Source of the DNA: an uncultured delta proteobacterium
Lineage (GTDB): Bacteria > Desulfobacterota > Desulfuromonadia > Desulfuromonadales > BM103
Direction of reading: 5' to 3'
NCBI GenBank assembly: GCA_963715335.1
Contig: CAVQRZ010000005.1
Location: 96,001 to 160,000, forward strand
DNA length: 64,000 bases
Shown: positions 9,237-19,024 of the stretch, piece by piece
Numbering within the stretch: position 1 is the first letter of the stretch
How the letters are laid out: each line of letters begins with the position of its first letter
Position numbers and translations under genes: made by a program
The notes under the pieces: model-generated
The model's database searches: none
What the model saw: the letters and a program-made list of their open reading frames with translations, nothing else
Told to the model about the DNA's origin: nothing

Positions 9237-10073
9237 TTATTCCATGAATGCCGCCAGCAACGCAAGGGGGTCAATCCGCTCCGACAAGAGCCTCACTGTA
9301 AGATGAAGATGCGCCCCCGTGGAACGCCCGGTGCTGCCGACCTTACCAAGCACATCACCGACAAGGAGTTCGTGCCCCTGGTCGACCAGAATCTCCGAAA
9401 GATGTGCGTAAAGCGAAAACAACCCTTCACCGTGATCGACAACCACGGTCTGCCCGGTGTAAAACAGATCGGCAACCATGATCACCCGGCCGTTGCTGAT
9501 CGAACGGACCGGCGTACCGTCCGGGCTGCGAAAGTCGGTTCCGCTGTGTGGTGCCCTTGGTTCGCCATTCATGAGCCTGCGCTTGCCAAAAACGCTGCTG
9601 ACCTCTTCATCAACCGGCCTTGCAAATTGCGTCCATAACCGTGGTGACTTCACAGCGAAAACTTCGCTGAGTTGTTTGCTCTCCCGGTCGATTCGGGCCA
9701 GGCTTTGCGCATCTGGAGAGACCATATTCTTCGGCAACGTCAACTGTTCGAGGGGGCGCTCCTTGTGGCCGACATGCAGTTGCAGCTCTTCCGTAGCAGT
9801 CCGGCCCTGTTGGTCAACCAGTGCCACCAGCAGAGGGTAATATCCCTCGGCGACTTCAAGCCCGATCGGTAACAAGGCAATGGCTCCGCTACGGTCCGGG
9901 TAGAGGTAGATGACACTGTCCATGAAGCGGACCACGCCGAAGGAAAGCGGCTCGCCTTGCCAGCGCAGCACAGAGACCCCGCCATTATCGACTTGAGCAG
10001 GGTGCAGAGCCAGTTCAGCCCGAACCGGCACCGAGGTGATCAACAACAGGACAAAAAGAGCAAGGAGGCGCAT
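9237..10073 (-). CDS. M23 family metallopeptidase (exported)
   Basis: Signal peptide. HSGTD and TGAHLH zinc motifs. Confidence 0.9.
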   Translation of the reverse strand: MRLLALFVLLLITSVPVRAELALHPAQVDNGGVSVLRWQGEPLSFGVVRFMDSVIYLYPDRSGAIALLPIGLEVAEGYYPLLVALVDQQGRTATEELQLHVGHKERPLEQLTLPKNMVSPDAQSLARIDRESKQLSEVFAVKSPRLWTQFARPVDEEVSSVFGKRRLMNGEPRAPHSGTDFRSPDGTPVRSISNGRVIMVADLFYTGQTVVVDHGEGLFSLYAHLSEILVDQGHELLVGDVLGKVGSTGRSTGAHLHLTVRLLSERIDPLALLAAFME

Positions 10074-11272
10074 CAGCTTTCAACCTCCTCGACGCGAACG
10101 GCGACTCGGCCCCGGGAAAAGCGCAGCCAGAGTGAATCGCCCGCATCCAACCCTTTAGTTGAGGTCAGCCCGGCACCATCCCGGTCATGGCTGGCGATCA
10201 CAAAGCCACGATCAAGCTGCTGCAGCGGCGAAAGCGCATTGAGCCGGCCAGCAGAAACCGCCAGGCAATCCGTATACTGGCGCATCTTCGATCTGATTGC
10301 GATGACCAGGCGATTTTCCAGTTCGGTGATCACTTCCGGAAGGGCGGCAAAATCACGAGCATAAACTTTCAGCTGCCTTTCAAGCCCTGCCAGGCGTTCT
10401 GCAACCAGGCCAAGAGACTGATCGAGCCGGGCAGAGAGTCGAATCAGCAGATGGTCGAGATGAGCTTCCAGTTCCTGGCGATTTCTGGCAACCAGTTCAG
10501 CCGCAGCGCTCGGTGTCGGTGCTCGCAGGTCGGCGACAAAATCTGCGATGGTAAAGTCTGTCTCGTGCCCGACGGCGGAGATGACCGGTACCGCAGAGCC
10601 TGCAATTGCACGCGCGACGACCTCCTCATTGAAAGCCCAGAGGTCTTCGATTGAGCCGCCGCCGCGGCCGACAATCAGGACATCCAGGCCGCCATGGCGA
10701 TTCAGTGCACTGATTGCCTCGGCGATTTCCTCTGCAGCGCCATCGCCCTGGACCCTGACCGGGCACAGCAGCAGGTGGACATCGGGTGCACGACGCTGCA
10801 TGACATTGAGAATATCCTGGATCGCGGCACCGGATGCAGAAGTAACGATACCGACTGAGCGGGGGAACTGCGGCAACGCCCGTTTGCGTTCCACAGAGAA
10901 CAGGCCCTCCTCAGCGAGCCTCGCCTTGAGTGCTTCAAAGGCGACCTGCAAATCACCCTGACCGCCAACAACCAGAGTATCGACGACCATCTGCAACTCG
11001 CCGCGCGCAGAATAAACCGTCACCGTACCGGAACAGACGACCTGAACGCCGTCGCTTGGCAAACCTCCCGCCAAACGGTTGCGGCCCCGGAACATGACCC
11101 CGCGCAGTTGGGCATGGCTGTCCTTTAGCGTGAAATACCAATGACCGGAAGCCGGAGCCGCGAAATTCGAGATTTCACCTTCCACTGTCACAGTGACAAA
11201 GTTGGTTTCCACAACCTCCTGCAACAACCCAACCAGGCCGCTTACCGATAACTTTCCGTGCAGATCAGACAC
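10073..11272 (-). CDS. xseA: Exodeoxyribonuclease VII large subunit
   Basis: GEISNF..ASGHWYFTLKD, GRGGGSIEDLWAFNEE, SAVGHETDFTIADFVAD.RAPTPSAAAE. Confidence 0.97.
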   Translation of the reverse strand: MSDLHGKLSVSGLVGLLQEVVETNFVTVTVEGEISNFAAPASGHWYFTLKDSHAQLRGVMFRGRNRLAGGLPSDGVQVVCSGTVTVYSARGELQMVVDTLVVGGQGDLQVAFEALKARLAEEGLFSVERKRALPQFPRSVGIVTSASGAAIQDILNVMQRRAPDVHLLLCPVRVQGDGAAEEIAEAISALNRHGGLDVLIVGRGGGSIEDLWAFNEEVVARAIAGSAVPVISAVGHETDFTIADFVADLRAPTPSAAAELVARNRQELEAHLDHLLIRLSARLDQSLGLVAERLAGLERQLKVYARDFAALPEVITELENRLVIAIRSKMRQYTDCLAVSAGRLNALSPLQQLDRGFVIASHDRDGAGLTSTKGLDAGDSLWLRFSRGRVAVRVEEVES

Positions 11273-11361
11273 GCAACAAACACCCCATATCTTGTGGTTT
11301 CATTTGACATTTTATTGACTTAACACTATATATTGGCGGACTTGAATTGCAAGGGAAGATC

Positions 11362-12762
11362 ATGTCCATACCATATATTGTTACCATTTCCAGTGAGAAA
11401 GGTGGCGTCGGCAAAACCACCCTGGCGACCAACCTGGCAATCTACCTGAAAGCCCTGCATGAGGATCTTCCGGTCACCTTGCTGAGCTTCGACAATCATT
11501 TCTCCGTCGACCAGATGTTCCGTATCAACAAGCAAACGGTGCAAGGGGATGTGGGCGACCTCTTTACCGGCAGCAATCCTGACCGCCTGGTTGAAACCGG
11601 AGAATATGGCGTGCAGTTCATCCCGTCGAGCAAGCAACTACACACCCTGCGTCGCGAGCTGGATGACCCCTCAGCCCTGGCCAGGGCTTTCGTCAAATCC
11701 TCCCTCGAGGGGATCATTATAATAGATACGCGCCCCGACCTGGACATTTTTACCCAGAGCGCCCTGTTTGCGGCAGACCGGGTCATCGTGCCGGTCAAAG
11801 ACGCACCATCGATGGACAATTGCAGGCACATCTACGATTTCTTCGACACCCATGGCCTGTCACGTCGGCCATTGCGTATTCTGCCCTGTCTGGTCGATGG
11901 CCGCATCCACTATGAGGGGCCGTTCCGCGATCCGTACCAGCTATTGAAAGCTTACGCCATCAATCGCGGCTACCGTTGCCTGGAAGGCTATATAGCCAAG
12001 AGCCCGAAGGTTGAATCACTCAACACCAACCCTGAAGGCAAAATATACCCGATCCTCACGCACGGTCGTCAGACTGATGTCCATGTCCAGATGACGCATA
12101 TTGCCCGGCAGGTCTACCTCAGCGCCAAAGAAGCCGAGACCCGACGCCTGACCGAGTACAGCACAGACATGGCTCACGCCGAAGAGGAACATCTGAGTTC
12201 GTACGAGGCCAGATTCAGCAACCTGGCAACCGGCTGCATGGTGTGCGGCAATCCTTTGCTTGAAAATGGCCGAATCGGGCAGGTCGGTTATTTTGCCCAG
12301 AGTTCTGACCAGAAGATCGCTGGCTTTATCGAGGAAGAGTGTTTTGCCGGCCTGGCTTTTCGCTACTTCTATGGTGCGAAGCGCGTCGTTGAGACCCAGG
12401 ATCCGATCTGGGACCTGTTCCGTGAATCGGCACAACGCTCCTATTTCGTCCTGCAACGTGCACCGCACACACGTAATTTCTACCTGCAGAAACTGTCCTT
12501 CTACCGCTTTGACGAAAACGGCCTGGAAGTGTCACACAAAACCATTGAACTCCAGGAATTCGAAAAACGACTGCTTGCCAAGGAACGTTCCGACCTGTTC
12601 CCGCTGCTCGAACGAACTCTGTTTGATGAGCAAGGCCGTTTGGGGGAGGCGTTTCTGCTCGTGCGCAAGGTCAGCTCCGACCTCCCGGAAGAAATCCTTT
12701 ACGATCAGAAGTTCGCCGGCTTTGCCAAGGCCATGGCCAAAGTCAGCACGCAGCTGCCATAG
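11362..12762 (+). CDS. ParA/Soj family ATPase with a long C-terminal extension
   Basis: Deviant Walker A SEKGGVGKTT, IIIIDTRP, AADRVIVPV, and about 200 extra C-terminal residues. Confidence 0.85.
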   Translation: MSIPYIVTISSEKGGVGKTTLATNLAIYLKALHEDLPVTLLSFDNHFSVDQMFRINKQTVQGDVGDLFTGSNPDRLVETGEYGVQFIPSSKQLHTLRRELDDPSALARAFVKSSLEGIIIIDTRPDLDIFTQSALFAADRVIVPVKDAPSMDNCRHIYDFFDTHGLSRRPLRILPCLVDGRIHYEGPFRDPYQLLKAYAINRGYRCLEGYIAKSPKVESLNTNPEGKIYPILTHGRQTDVHVQMTHIARQVYLSAKEAETRRLTEYSTDMAHAEEEHLSSYEARFSNLATGCMVCGNPLLENGRIGQVGYFAQSSDQKIAGFIEEECFAGLAFRYFYGAKRVVETQDPIWDLFRESAQRSYFVLQRAPHTRNFYLQKLSFYRFDENGLEVSHKTIELQEFEKRLLAKERSDLFPLLERTLFDEQGRLGEAFLLVRKVSSDLPEEILYDQKFAGFAKAMAKVSTQLP

Positions 12763-12825
12763 CAATCGCACTGGGTCTGCCGTGACAACTCCGCTGACAC
12801 CGCCATTTCAACCGCCACGGTCCGT

Positions 12826-13992
12826 CTACTGGGCACGTTCGATAATCCCGGTGATTGATGCCTGCTTCCGCAGCAGCACTGAGACAGGCACAACCGTGAT
12901 GCCCCGACCGCGCATCTCCGGCAACTCCCTGCGCAAGGCTTCAAGAGTCTCCGGATAGGGATGGCAGATCCCTATCGCCGCACCCTGTCTGCGAGCCTTG
13001 TTTTCCAGCCTCTTGATCTCCCGCACAATCGCGCCGACCTCGGCAACATTATCGAGGAATACATCACGATCCATTGTCGGCACACCGAAGTGGCGAGCGA
13101 CCTCCGTCACTCTTGATTGCCCGGTGGTTCGGCTATCGATAAAGAAGAGCCCTTTTTCCCGCAAAATTTCCATCACCGGGGAAAGCGCTCTGGCATCTTC
13201 GGTGAAGCGCGAGCCCATATGATTATTGGTGCCGGTCACATACGGGATCCTGGCAAGCAGAAGATCGAAACGGCGGCGGATTTCGGCATCGCTCTGTGCC
13301 ACAAACAACGCATCATCTCCCGGATCGACGGCGGGATATCCCTGCGGTTCCATCGGCACATGCAACATGACTTCGTGGTCTGCAGCGTGGGCTATCTGGG
13401 CGACTTGCACCGCATGAGGCTCACCGGGCAGAATCGCAAAAGTGATCGGTTCGGGAAAAGAGACCAGCATTTCGGCGGTGAGGGCACTGCGGCCAAGATC
13501 ATCCATAATGATGGTCATCAGTGGCCCATCGGGGAATTCAGGTAGCGGCGGTATGAAGTGAATGACTATCTGCGTCACCCGGGACTTTTCAACCGTCAGG
13601 GAATTCGCTTCGCGTAAGCGGATCGAATAATCTCCCGGTATTGTGCGCAGACGTTCTGCGAAACCGGCAATCAGATCAGGCGCAGGGAATTCGACAGCGA
13701 CAGAATAACGTGCCGGGGACTGATCGAGATCACGCTGAATGCTGCCGGGCTCAAGATCCATTGCGGCGAGCAGGGATTCGACTTCAGCGTGAACCTTGCC
13801 GGTATAGTCAACCGGTGGTTGTGTGCCCGGCGCGACGGCGGGTGGTTTGGGCTGCTCTTCCAGACGCGCCAGGAAGATCAGACTGATCAAGGCAAAAGCG
13901 GCAAGACCCAAAACCACGAACAGGCGTTGGTTTTTTTCTAAAAAACCAGGGCGCCGTTTTTTGGTACGGCGCCGTTTGGTTGATTTCGTCAT
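12826..13992 (-). CDS. Divergent polysaccharide deacetylase family protein (YibQ-like)
   Basis: IIMDDLG, MLHVPMEP, NNHMGSRFT, FFIDSRT, RDVFLDN, IGICHP. N-terminal TM. Confidence 0.92.
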   Translation of the reverse strand: MTKSTKRRRTKKRRPGFLEKNQRLFVVLGLAAFALISLIFLARLEEQPKPPAVAPGTQPPVDYTGKVHAEVESLLAAMDLEPGSIQRDLDQSPARYSVAVEFPAPDLIAGFAERLRTIPGDYSIRLREANSLTVEKSRVTQIVIHFIPPLPEFPDGPLMTIIMDDLGRSALTAEMLVSFPEPITFAILPGEPHAVQVAQIAHAADHEVMLHVPMEPQGYPAVDPGDDALFVAQSDAEIRRRFDLLLARIPYVTGTNNHMGSRFTEDARALSPVMEILREKGLFFIDSRTTGQSRVTEVARHFGVPTMDRDVFLDNVAEVGAIVREIKRLENKARRQGAAIGICHPYPETLEALRRELPEMRGRGITVVPVSVLLRKQASITGIIERAQ

Positions 13993-14024
13993 CGGCAACT
14001 CATCAAATCAGCAGCCAGGTCACA

Positions 14025-15326
14025 TCACGCGGCCTTCAACCCCTGAAAGATCCTCCACCCCTTGAGCAGGTCCAGTGCACGCAGCAACTGGAAATCTTTG
14101 CGGGTTTCTTCATCAAGCACCGGATCCTTTTTCTGCTCGACACCTGAAGCATTCCCCTCAATGTTGAAATGATTCTTCAGGTCCTTTTCGCGGAAGTGGT
14201 TGAAATCTTCCATTTCCTTGATTTCAATCTGCTGCACCTCGATGTCCGGAATAATCCCGCGGGCCTGGATCGAAGTTCCGTTCGGTGTGTAATACTTTGC
14301 CGTCGTCAGTCTCAGGCCGGAGTCATCGCTGAGCGGAATAATCGTCTGCACAGAACCCTTGCCAAAGCTCTGGGTCCCCATGATCACCGCGCGATCGTGG
14401 TCCTGCAGGGCGCCCGCAACGATTTCCGAAGCACTGGCACTACCACCGTTAATCAGCACGACGATCGGATAGTCAGGCTCTGTTCCGTTGCGCATGGCCG
14501 AAAATTCCATCTGTGCGTCATCCTCGCGACCCTTGGTGTACACGATCAGCCCGTCAGTCAGGAACTGATCGGAAACTTCAATAGCCTGATCGAGCAAGCC
14601 CCCGGGGTTATTACGTAAATCCAGCACCAGTCCTGCAAGTTTGCCGCTGTTCTCCTCACGCAAGGTGTCAAGGGCCTTCGCAAGATCGGGTCCCGTGCGT
14701 TCCTGAAACTGCGCGAGGCGAACATAACCGAAGCCCTTTTCCAGAGTCCTGGCCTTTACACTTTTGACCTTGATGACCTCGCGTGTGAGAGTGAATGATT
14801 GTGGTTTCTCGAATGACGACCGCATGATGGTGATTTCGATCTCTGTCCCGGCAACTCCACGCATGAGCTGCACCGCTTCCATGATTTTCATATCCTTGGT
14901 GAACTGGTCTGCTATTTTCAGGATATGATCACCGGCTTGCAGACCGGCCCGTGAGGCAGGAGTATCTTCAATTGGCGAAACAATTATCAAAAGCCCGTCA
15001 CGCAGTGAAATTTCGATGCCGAGACCGCCGAATTCGCCACGGGTGTCGACCTTCATCTCCTTGTAGATCTCGGGAGACATAAAACCGGAATGCGGGTCGA
15101 GGGAGGCGAGCATACCATCGATAGCCCCGTAGACCAGGTCTTTGATAGACACCTCTTCGACATAACTGCGCTTTACGATTGTCAGGACATCAGTAAAAAT
15201 CTGCAATTCCTGGTAATCCGAAGCCTCATCGGCCGCGGCAAGCGGGGGATGTCCGACGAACGCCACTCCGCATATCAGTAAAAGCAGTAACGCAAACATA
15301 AGAATGGTCGTCTTGTTTTTCAACAT
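14025..15326 (-). CDS. ctpA: Carboxyl-terminal processing protease (S41, PDZ)
   Basis: LDPHS, GEFGGLGIEI, DLRNNPGGLL, SASASEIVAGALQD, FGKGSVQT. Confidence 0.96.
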   Translation of the reverse strand: MLKNKTTILMFALLLLLICGVAFVGHPPLAAADEASDYQELQIFTDVLTIVKRSYVEEVSIKDLVYGAIDGMLASLDPHSGFMSPEIYKEMKVDTRGEFGGLGIEISLRDGLLIIVSPIEDTPASRAGLQAGDHILKIADQFTKDMKIMEAVQLMRGVAGTEIEITIMRSSFEKPQSFTLTREVIKVKSVKARTLEKGFGYVRLAQFQERTGPDLAKALDTLREENSGKLAGLVLDLRNNPGGLLDQAIEVSDQFLTDGLIVYTKGREDDAQMEFSAMRNGTEPDYPIVVLINGGSASASEIVAGALQDHDRAVIMGTQSFGKGSVQTIIPLSDDSGLRLTTAKYYTPNGTSIQARGIIPDIEVQQIEIKEMEDFNHFREKDLKNHFNIEGNASGVEQKKDPVLDEETRKDFQLLRALDLLKGWRIFQGLKAA

Positions 15327-15342
15327 GCTCTCCTCCGTAACC

Positions 15343-16512
15343 TCAGCGCGGCTTCAGCCAGTCGCCGGGGTTGAGGGGTTTTCCCCCTTGGCGAATTTCA
15401 AAATAGACCGCATCACGGCCCTCGTAGCCGGAGTAGGCAATCACCTCGGCGGCGGCCACCGGGTCTCCAACTTGCTTGGTAAAGCGTTCCATATGTGCAT
15501 ACAGGGTATAGTACTTGCTGCCATGATCAACAATCATCAACTTGCCATAGCCACGCAAACTGTTGGCAAAAATCACTTTCCCACTGGCGGCAGCGTTGAC
15601 GGGGGTCCCGACAGCCGTCTCAATATCAAAGCCATGGCTTTCGATGAGAGTTCCCAGGTCACCATGACGGCTGGTGCCGAAACCGACCCTGAGTTTGCCG
15701 GGAACGGGCCAGAGAAGACGTCCTTTTTGCGACAGGAACCCTTGTCGATTTTCAGTATAGGGTTGCACCTGATCCGTTTCAAGTTTTTTGACCAGTTCGT
15801 TGAGCCGGGTCGCTTTGGCGCGCAAGCCCTGCAGCAACTTCTCGAGCGATTTGGCATCCTGCGTCACTTCTGTCAACAGGACCTTCTTGCTTCTCCTCGC
15901 TTTTTGCAGGGTTTCCTGCTCCCTGTTTCGCCTCAGAACCACAGCCGACTGCTTTTTCTCCATCACCTCAAGATCGTCAAGTCCGGCACGATGTTCCTGC
16001 ATCTGCATCCGGTATTGATCGAGCAAATCGCGATCATGACGGACCATCCTGGACAGGAACGCATATTTCTCGGCTATGTCGCGAGGGCTCTCCGTTTCGG
16101 CAAGCAAAGCCCTGATCAAACCGACCTCGCCGGTCTTGTAAAGGACAACCAGACGGCTCCGGATCTGCTGTTCAGTCTGGTCACGCGAAGCATCAAGCTT
16201 TTCCAGGGCATTGCGTTTAAGCTTAATTTGCGCCTGTAATTCGGCCAATTGCTGTTGACTTTTTCTTTCCAGCCTCTCGATGCGGCGCACTTCGGCGGTC
16301 AGGCGCTCGAGATCCTCCGCCAACGCGCCCCCTTCGGACTGTTTGTTCCGCAAACCCTCAAGGGTCGTCCTGATCTGCCTCTGGAGCTTATCAAGGCGCT
16401 CACGACTCTCATCCAGTTCATCCGCAGCGGATGCCATCCCCGGATGCAATACCAGCGAGACAATCAACAGCCGCAGCAGCATATTTGCCATGATGCCAGT
16501 GAATCGCTTCAT
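15343..16512 (-). CDS. envC: Murein hydrolase activator EnvC (coiled coil + degenerate M23)
   Basis: Long coiled coil, KGRLLWPV.G, and an M23 domain lacking the final HxH (VYFEIR). Follows ftsEX. Confidence 0.88.
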   Translation of the reverse strand: MKRFTGIMANMLLRLLIVSLVLHPGMASAADELDESRERLDKLQRQIRTTLEGLRNKQSEGGALAEDLERLTAEVRRIERLERKSQQQLAELQAQIKLKRNALEKLDASRDQTEQQIRSRLVVLYKTGEVGLIRALLAETESPRDIAEKYAFLSRMVRHDRDLLDQYRMQMQEHRAGLDDLEVMEKKQSAVVLRRNREQETLQKARRSKKVLLTEVTQDAKSLEKLLQGLRAKATRLNELVKKLETDQVQPYTENRQGFLSQKGRLLWPVPGKLRVGFGTSRHGDLGTLIESHGFDIETAVGTPVNAAASGKVIFANSLRGYGKLMIVDHGSKYYTLYAHMERFTKQVGDPVAAAEVIAYSGYEGRDAVYFEIRQGGKPLNPGDWLKPR

Positions 16513-17414
16513 GAGGCTCCGAAACGAACGAACTTGCGAAGCGCAAACAGGCTGCCCAACAGGCCGATCAGACCACCACCAACGATCAGCAACACCTGCC
16601 AGATGACCGGCAGGAAATGGATCGTGTCGATTCCGGTAATCAGCAGCAGGCTGCCCAGACTCTTTTGCAGGACAATCTCGAAAACCACGAAGCTCAAGCC
16701 GAGGGCGGTCAAGCCGCCGAGAACTCCCTGGATAGCCCCTTCCACCAGAAACGGCAATTTGATAAACAGTGCGGTGGCACCAACCATCGCCATCGCCTCG
16801 AGTTCATCCTGGCGCGCATAAAGGGTCAATTTGATCGTGTTGGCAACTATCACCAGCGCCGCGAAAACCAGGAAGCCTCCCAGCGTTGCACCGGACATTC
16901 TCAACAGAAGCAGGAAGGCCTCAAGCTTCTCCAGCCAACCCTGACCATACTGCAAATCCGTAAACCGATGGTCCACACGCAAACGCTCGACCACTGCGGT
17001 CATTGCAAGTTCCTTTCGCGAGTCATCAGTCAGACTGATTTCAAGCGATGCCGGCAACACGTCAGGTCCAAGGCCCTCGACCAGTCCGGCATCGTCTCCG
17101 AGCCGTTTGCGAAACCGTTCGAAAGCCATATCACGAGAGACAAAGTGAACCTTCGCCACTTCGGGATATTGCTCGATATCCCTGATCCACTCCTTGACGA
17201 CACCTTCCTCGGGAACTTCATCCAGGTAGGCGACTATCGTCAGGGTTTCACCCCACGACGCGGTGAGTTGCTGGACATTCAGGACAGCGATGGCAAAAAA
17301 CGCCAGCAGGGCCAGGGCGACCGCAATCGTGCCGACTGACGCCAGACTCAGCACAGGGCTCTGCCGCATGTTACGCAGTGCACGTCTGAAGAAATATCCA
17401 CCACGTAGGATCAT
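16509..17414 (-). CDS. ftsX: Cell division permease FtsX
   Basis: Four-TM topology, LPASLEI, IVANTIKLT, MVGAT..FIKLPFLVEG. Confidence 0.95.
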   Translation of the reverse strand: MILRGGYFFRRALRNMRQSPVLSLASVGTIAVALALLAFFAIAVLNVQQLTASWGETLTIVAYLDEVPEEGVVKEWIRDIEQYPEVAKVHFVSRDMAFERFRKRLGDDAGLVEGLGPDVLPASLEISLTDDSRKELAMTAVVERLRVDHRFTDLQYGQGWLEKLEAFLLLLRMSGATLGGFLVFAALVIVANTIKLTLYARQDELEAMAMVGATALFIKLPFLVEGAIQGVLGGLTALGLSFVVFEIVLQKSLGSLLLITGIDTIHFLPVIWQVLLIVGGGLIGLLGSLFALRKFVRFGAS

Positions 17415-18115
17415 CAGGGTTGACCTGTCACTTTGGTTTGTCCGTGGAACAGGGGCATGTCGTCCATCGCCAGACTGCCGGAGTCCAGGGAGACCACGCG
17501 GCGCGGGAACTGGCGAATCAGGCTGCGGTTATGGGTTGCCATGATGATCGTAGTACCGCGTGCGTTGGCACCTTTGAATAATTCCATGATATCCAGAGTC
17601 ACATCCGGATCGAGATTACCGGTCGGTTCGTCAGCCAGCAGCACCAGGGGGTCGACCACCAGCGCGCGCGCCACGGCCACTCTTTGTTGCTCGCCACCCG
17701 AGAGCTGCAAAGGCTGATGATTCAGACGATGTTCAAGCCCGACATTTTTCAGGGTCTGGTACACCTTCTTGCTGATTTCAAACCGTTTGCGCCCCTGGAC
17801 TTCGAGGGGAAAGGCCACGTTTTCGTACACTGTGCGGCGGTTCAGCAGTTTAAAATCCTGAAAAATGATACCGATATTGCGCCGCAGGTAGGGGATACGG
17901 GAGACCCCGTAACGGGTAATGTTCCGGCCATCGACCAGGATCTGCCCACGGGTCGGCCGTTCAGCGCAGTAGAGAAGCTTAAGCAAGGTGGATTTACCGG
18001 CTCCGGAAGGCCCGGTCAGGTAAACAAACTCACCTTTCTCTACCGTGAGAGTGACATCCTTGAGGGCGTACTGGTCGCGCTGGTAAGCTTTGCAGACATT
18101 ATACAGCTGTATCAT
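17414..18115 (-). CDS. ftsE: Cell division ATP-binding protein FtsE
   Basis: GPSGAGKST, YLRRNIGIIFQDFKLL, LSGGEQQR, ADEPTGNLDP. Confidence 0.96.
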   Translation of the reverse strand: MIQLYNVCKAYQRDQYALKDVTLTVEKGEFVYLTGPSGAGKSTLLKLLYCAERPTRGQILVDGRNITRYGVSRIPYLRRNIGIIFQDFKLLNRRTVYENVAFPLEVQGRKRFEISKKVYQTLKNVGLEHRLNHQPLQLSGGEQQRVAVARALVVDPLVLLADEPTGNLDPDVTLDIMELFKGANARGTTIIMATHNRSLIRQFPRRVVSLDSGSLAMDDMPLFHGQTKVTGQP

Positions 18116-18552
18116 CACCAATCTCGATATGGAATGCCATTCAGACCGACACGGTCATCGCCACTGTAAACATCTTCCAGCCCGCCTTCGGCGACTTCAC
18201 CATCAAGTGGCGGGGCCGGCGGAACCTCCTCCCAGGTCTCGGTCGACTCGGTAAAGGGGTCACGGGGGATATCACGCAGGTACTTGCTGGCGACCAGATC
18301 CTCCAACGAATCAGGGTAACGGATATGATCGGCAAAATAAGTATCGATGGCCCGGCGCATCTGGTACAAGTCTTCCATCAGCACTGCTTCGCGGGCCTTG
18401 ATCAGGTTGCGCTGGTAGTTCGGCACCACGATACTGGCCAGGATGCCGATGATCGTCATGACGATCAGCAGCTCGATAAGGGTAAACCCTTTTTCTGATT
18501 TTTTCCAAACAACAGGCGCATCTGTATCACCAGGTGTTGTAAGGTGTTCCAT
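18115..18552 (-). CDS. oxpG: Type II secretion pseudopilin, OxpG-like (start uncertain)
   Basis: KG/FTLIELLIV prepilin motif, KAREAVL.EDL.QMRRAID, YLRDIPRDPFT. Its position just upstream of ftsE matches the Geobacter oxpG locus as I recall it. Confidence 0.75.
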   Translation of the reverse strand: MEHLTTPGDTDAPVVWKKSEKGFTLIELLIVMTIIGILASIVVPNYQRNLIKAREAVLMEDLYQMRRAIDTYFADHIRYPDSLEDLVASKYLRDIPRDPFTESTETWEEVPPAPPLDGEVAEGGLEDVYSGDDRVGLNGIPYRDW

Positions 18553-19024
18553 CCAGCGCGTAACGCTGGCTCTGGGAGTAAACATCGTAAACATCATCTC
18601 CGCTGTAAAAGGTCGAGTCGGGGTCGTCTTTGTAAGAGCGCAGTCCCCACCCCTCGTCATACTCATCAAATGGGTCCTTAGGCAAACGCCTCAGGTATCT
18701 GCGTTTGTAAGGGTACAGGCCGCCCCAGTCACTGCCTTCCAGAAGAGCTTCGAGAGATTCCGGATAGCCGGTTTGGTCAATTGTCACGATGATTTTTTTC
18801 TGTTCTACGGCTTTGTCAAAGTCCGCCTTGTAATAATCGATCGCCGTGCGGATTTCCCGTAATGACCGGCGCAGCTCGAGTTCCTTGCTACGTCTGGCGG
18901 TCATTTCCGCCATCGGCACAATCACCGAGGCAAGCACTGCCAGGATGGCCATGGCCAGGACCATTTCCAGCAGGGTCAGGCCACGCTGTCCTCTGCAGAA
19001 GCTTATGTCGTCATGAGAACTCAA
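18527..19024 (-). CDS. gspG: Type II secretion pseudopilin (GspG/PulG-like)
   Basis: RG/LTLLEMV prepilin motif, KELELRRSLREIRTAID, YLRRLPKDPF. TTG start overlaps the upstream TGA. Confidence 0.82.
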   Translation of the reverse strand: MSSHDDISFCRGQRGLTLLEMVLAMAILAVLASVIVPMAEMTARRSKELELRRSLREIRTAIDYYKADFDKAVEQKKIIVTIDQTGYPESLEALLEGSDWGGLYPYKRRYLRRLPKDPFDEYDEGWGLRSYKDDPDSTFYSGDDVYDVYSQSQRYALDGTPYNTW

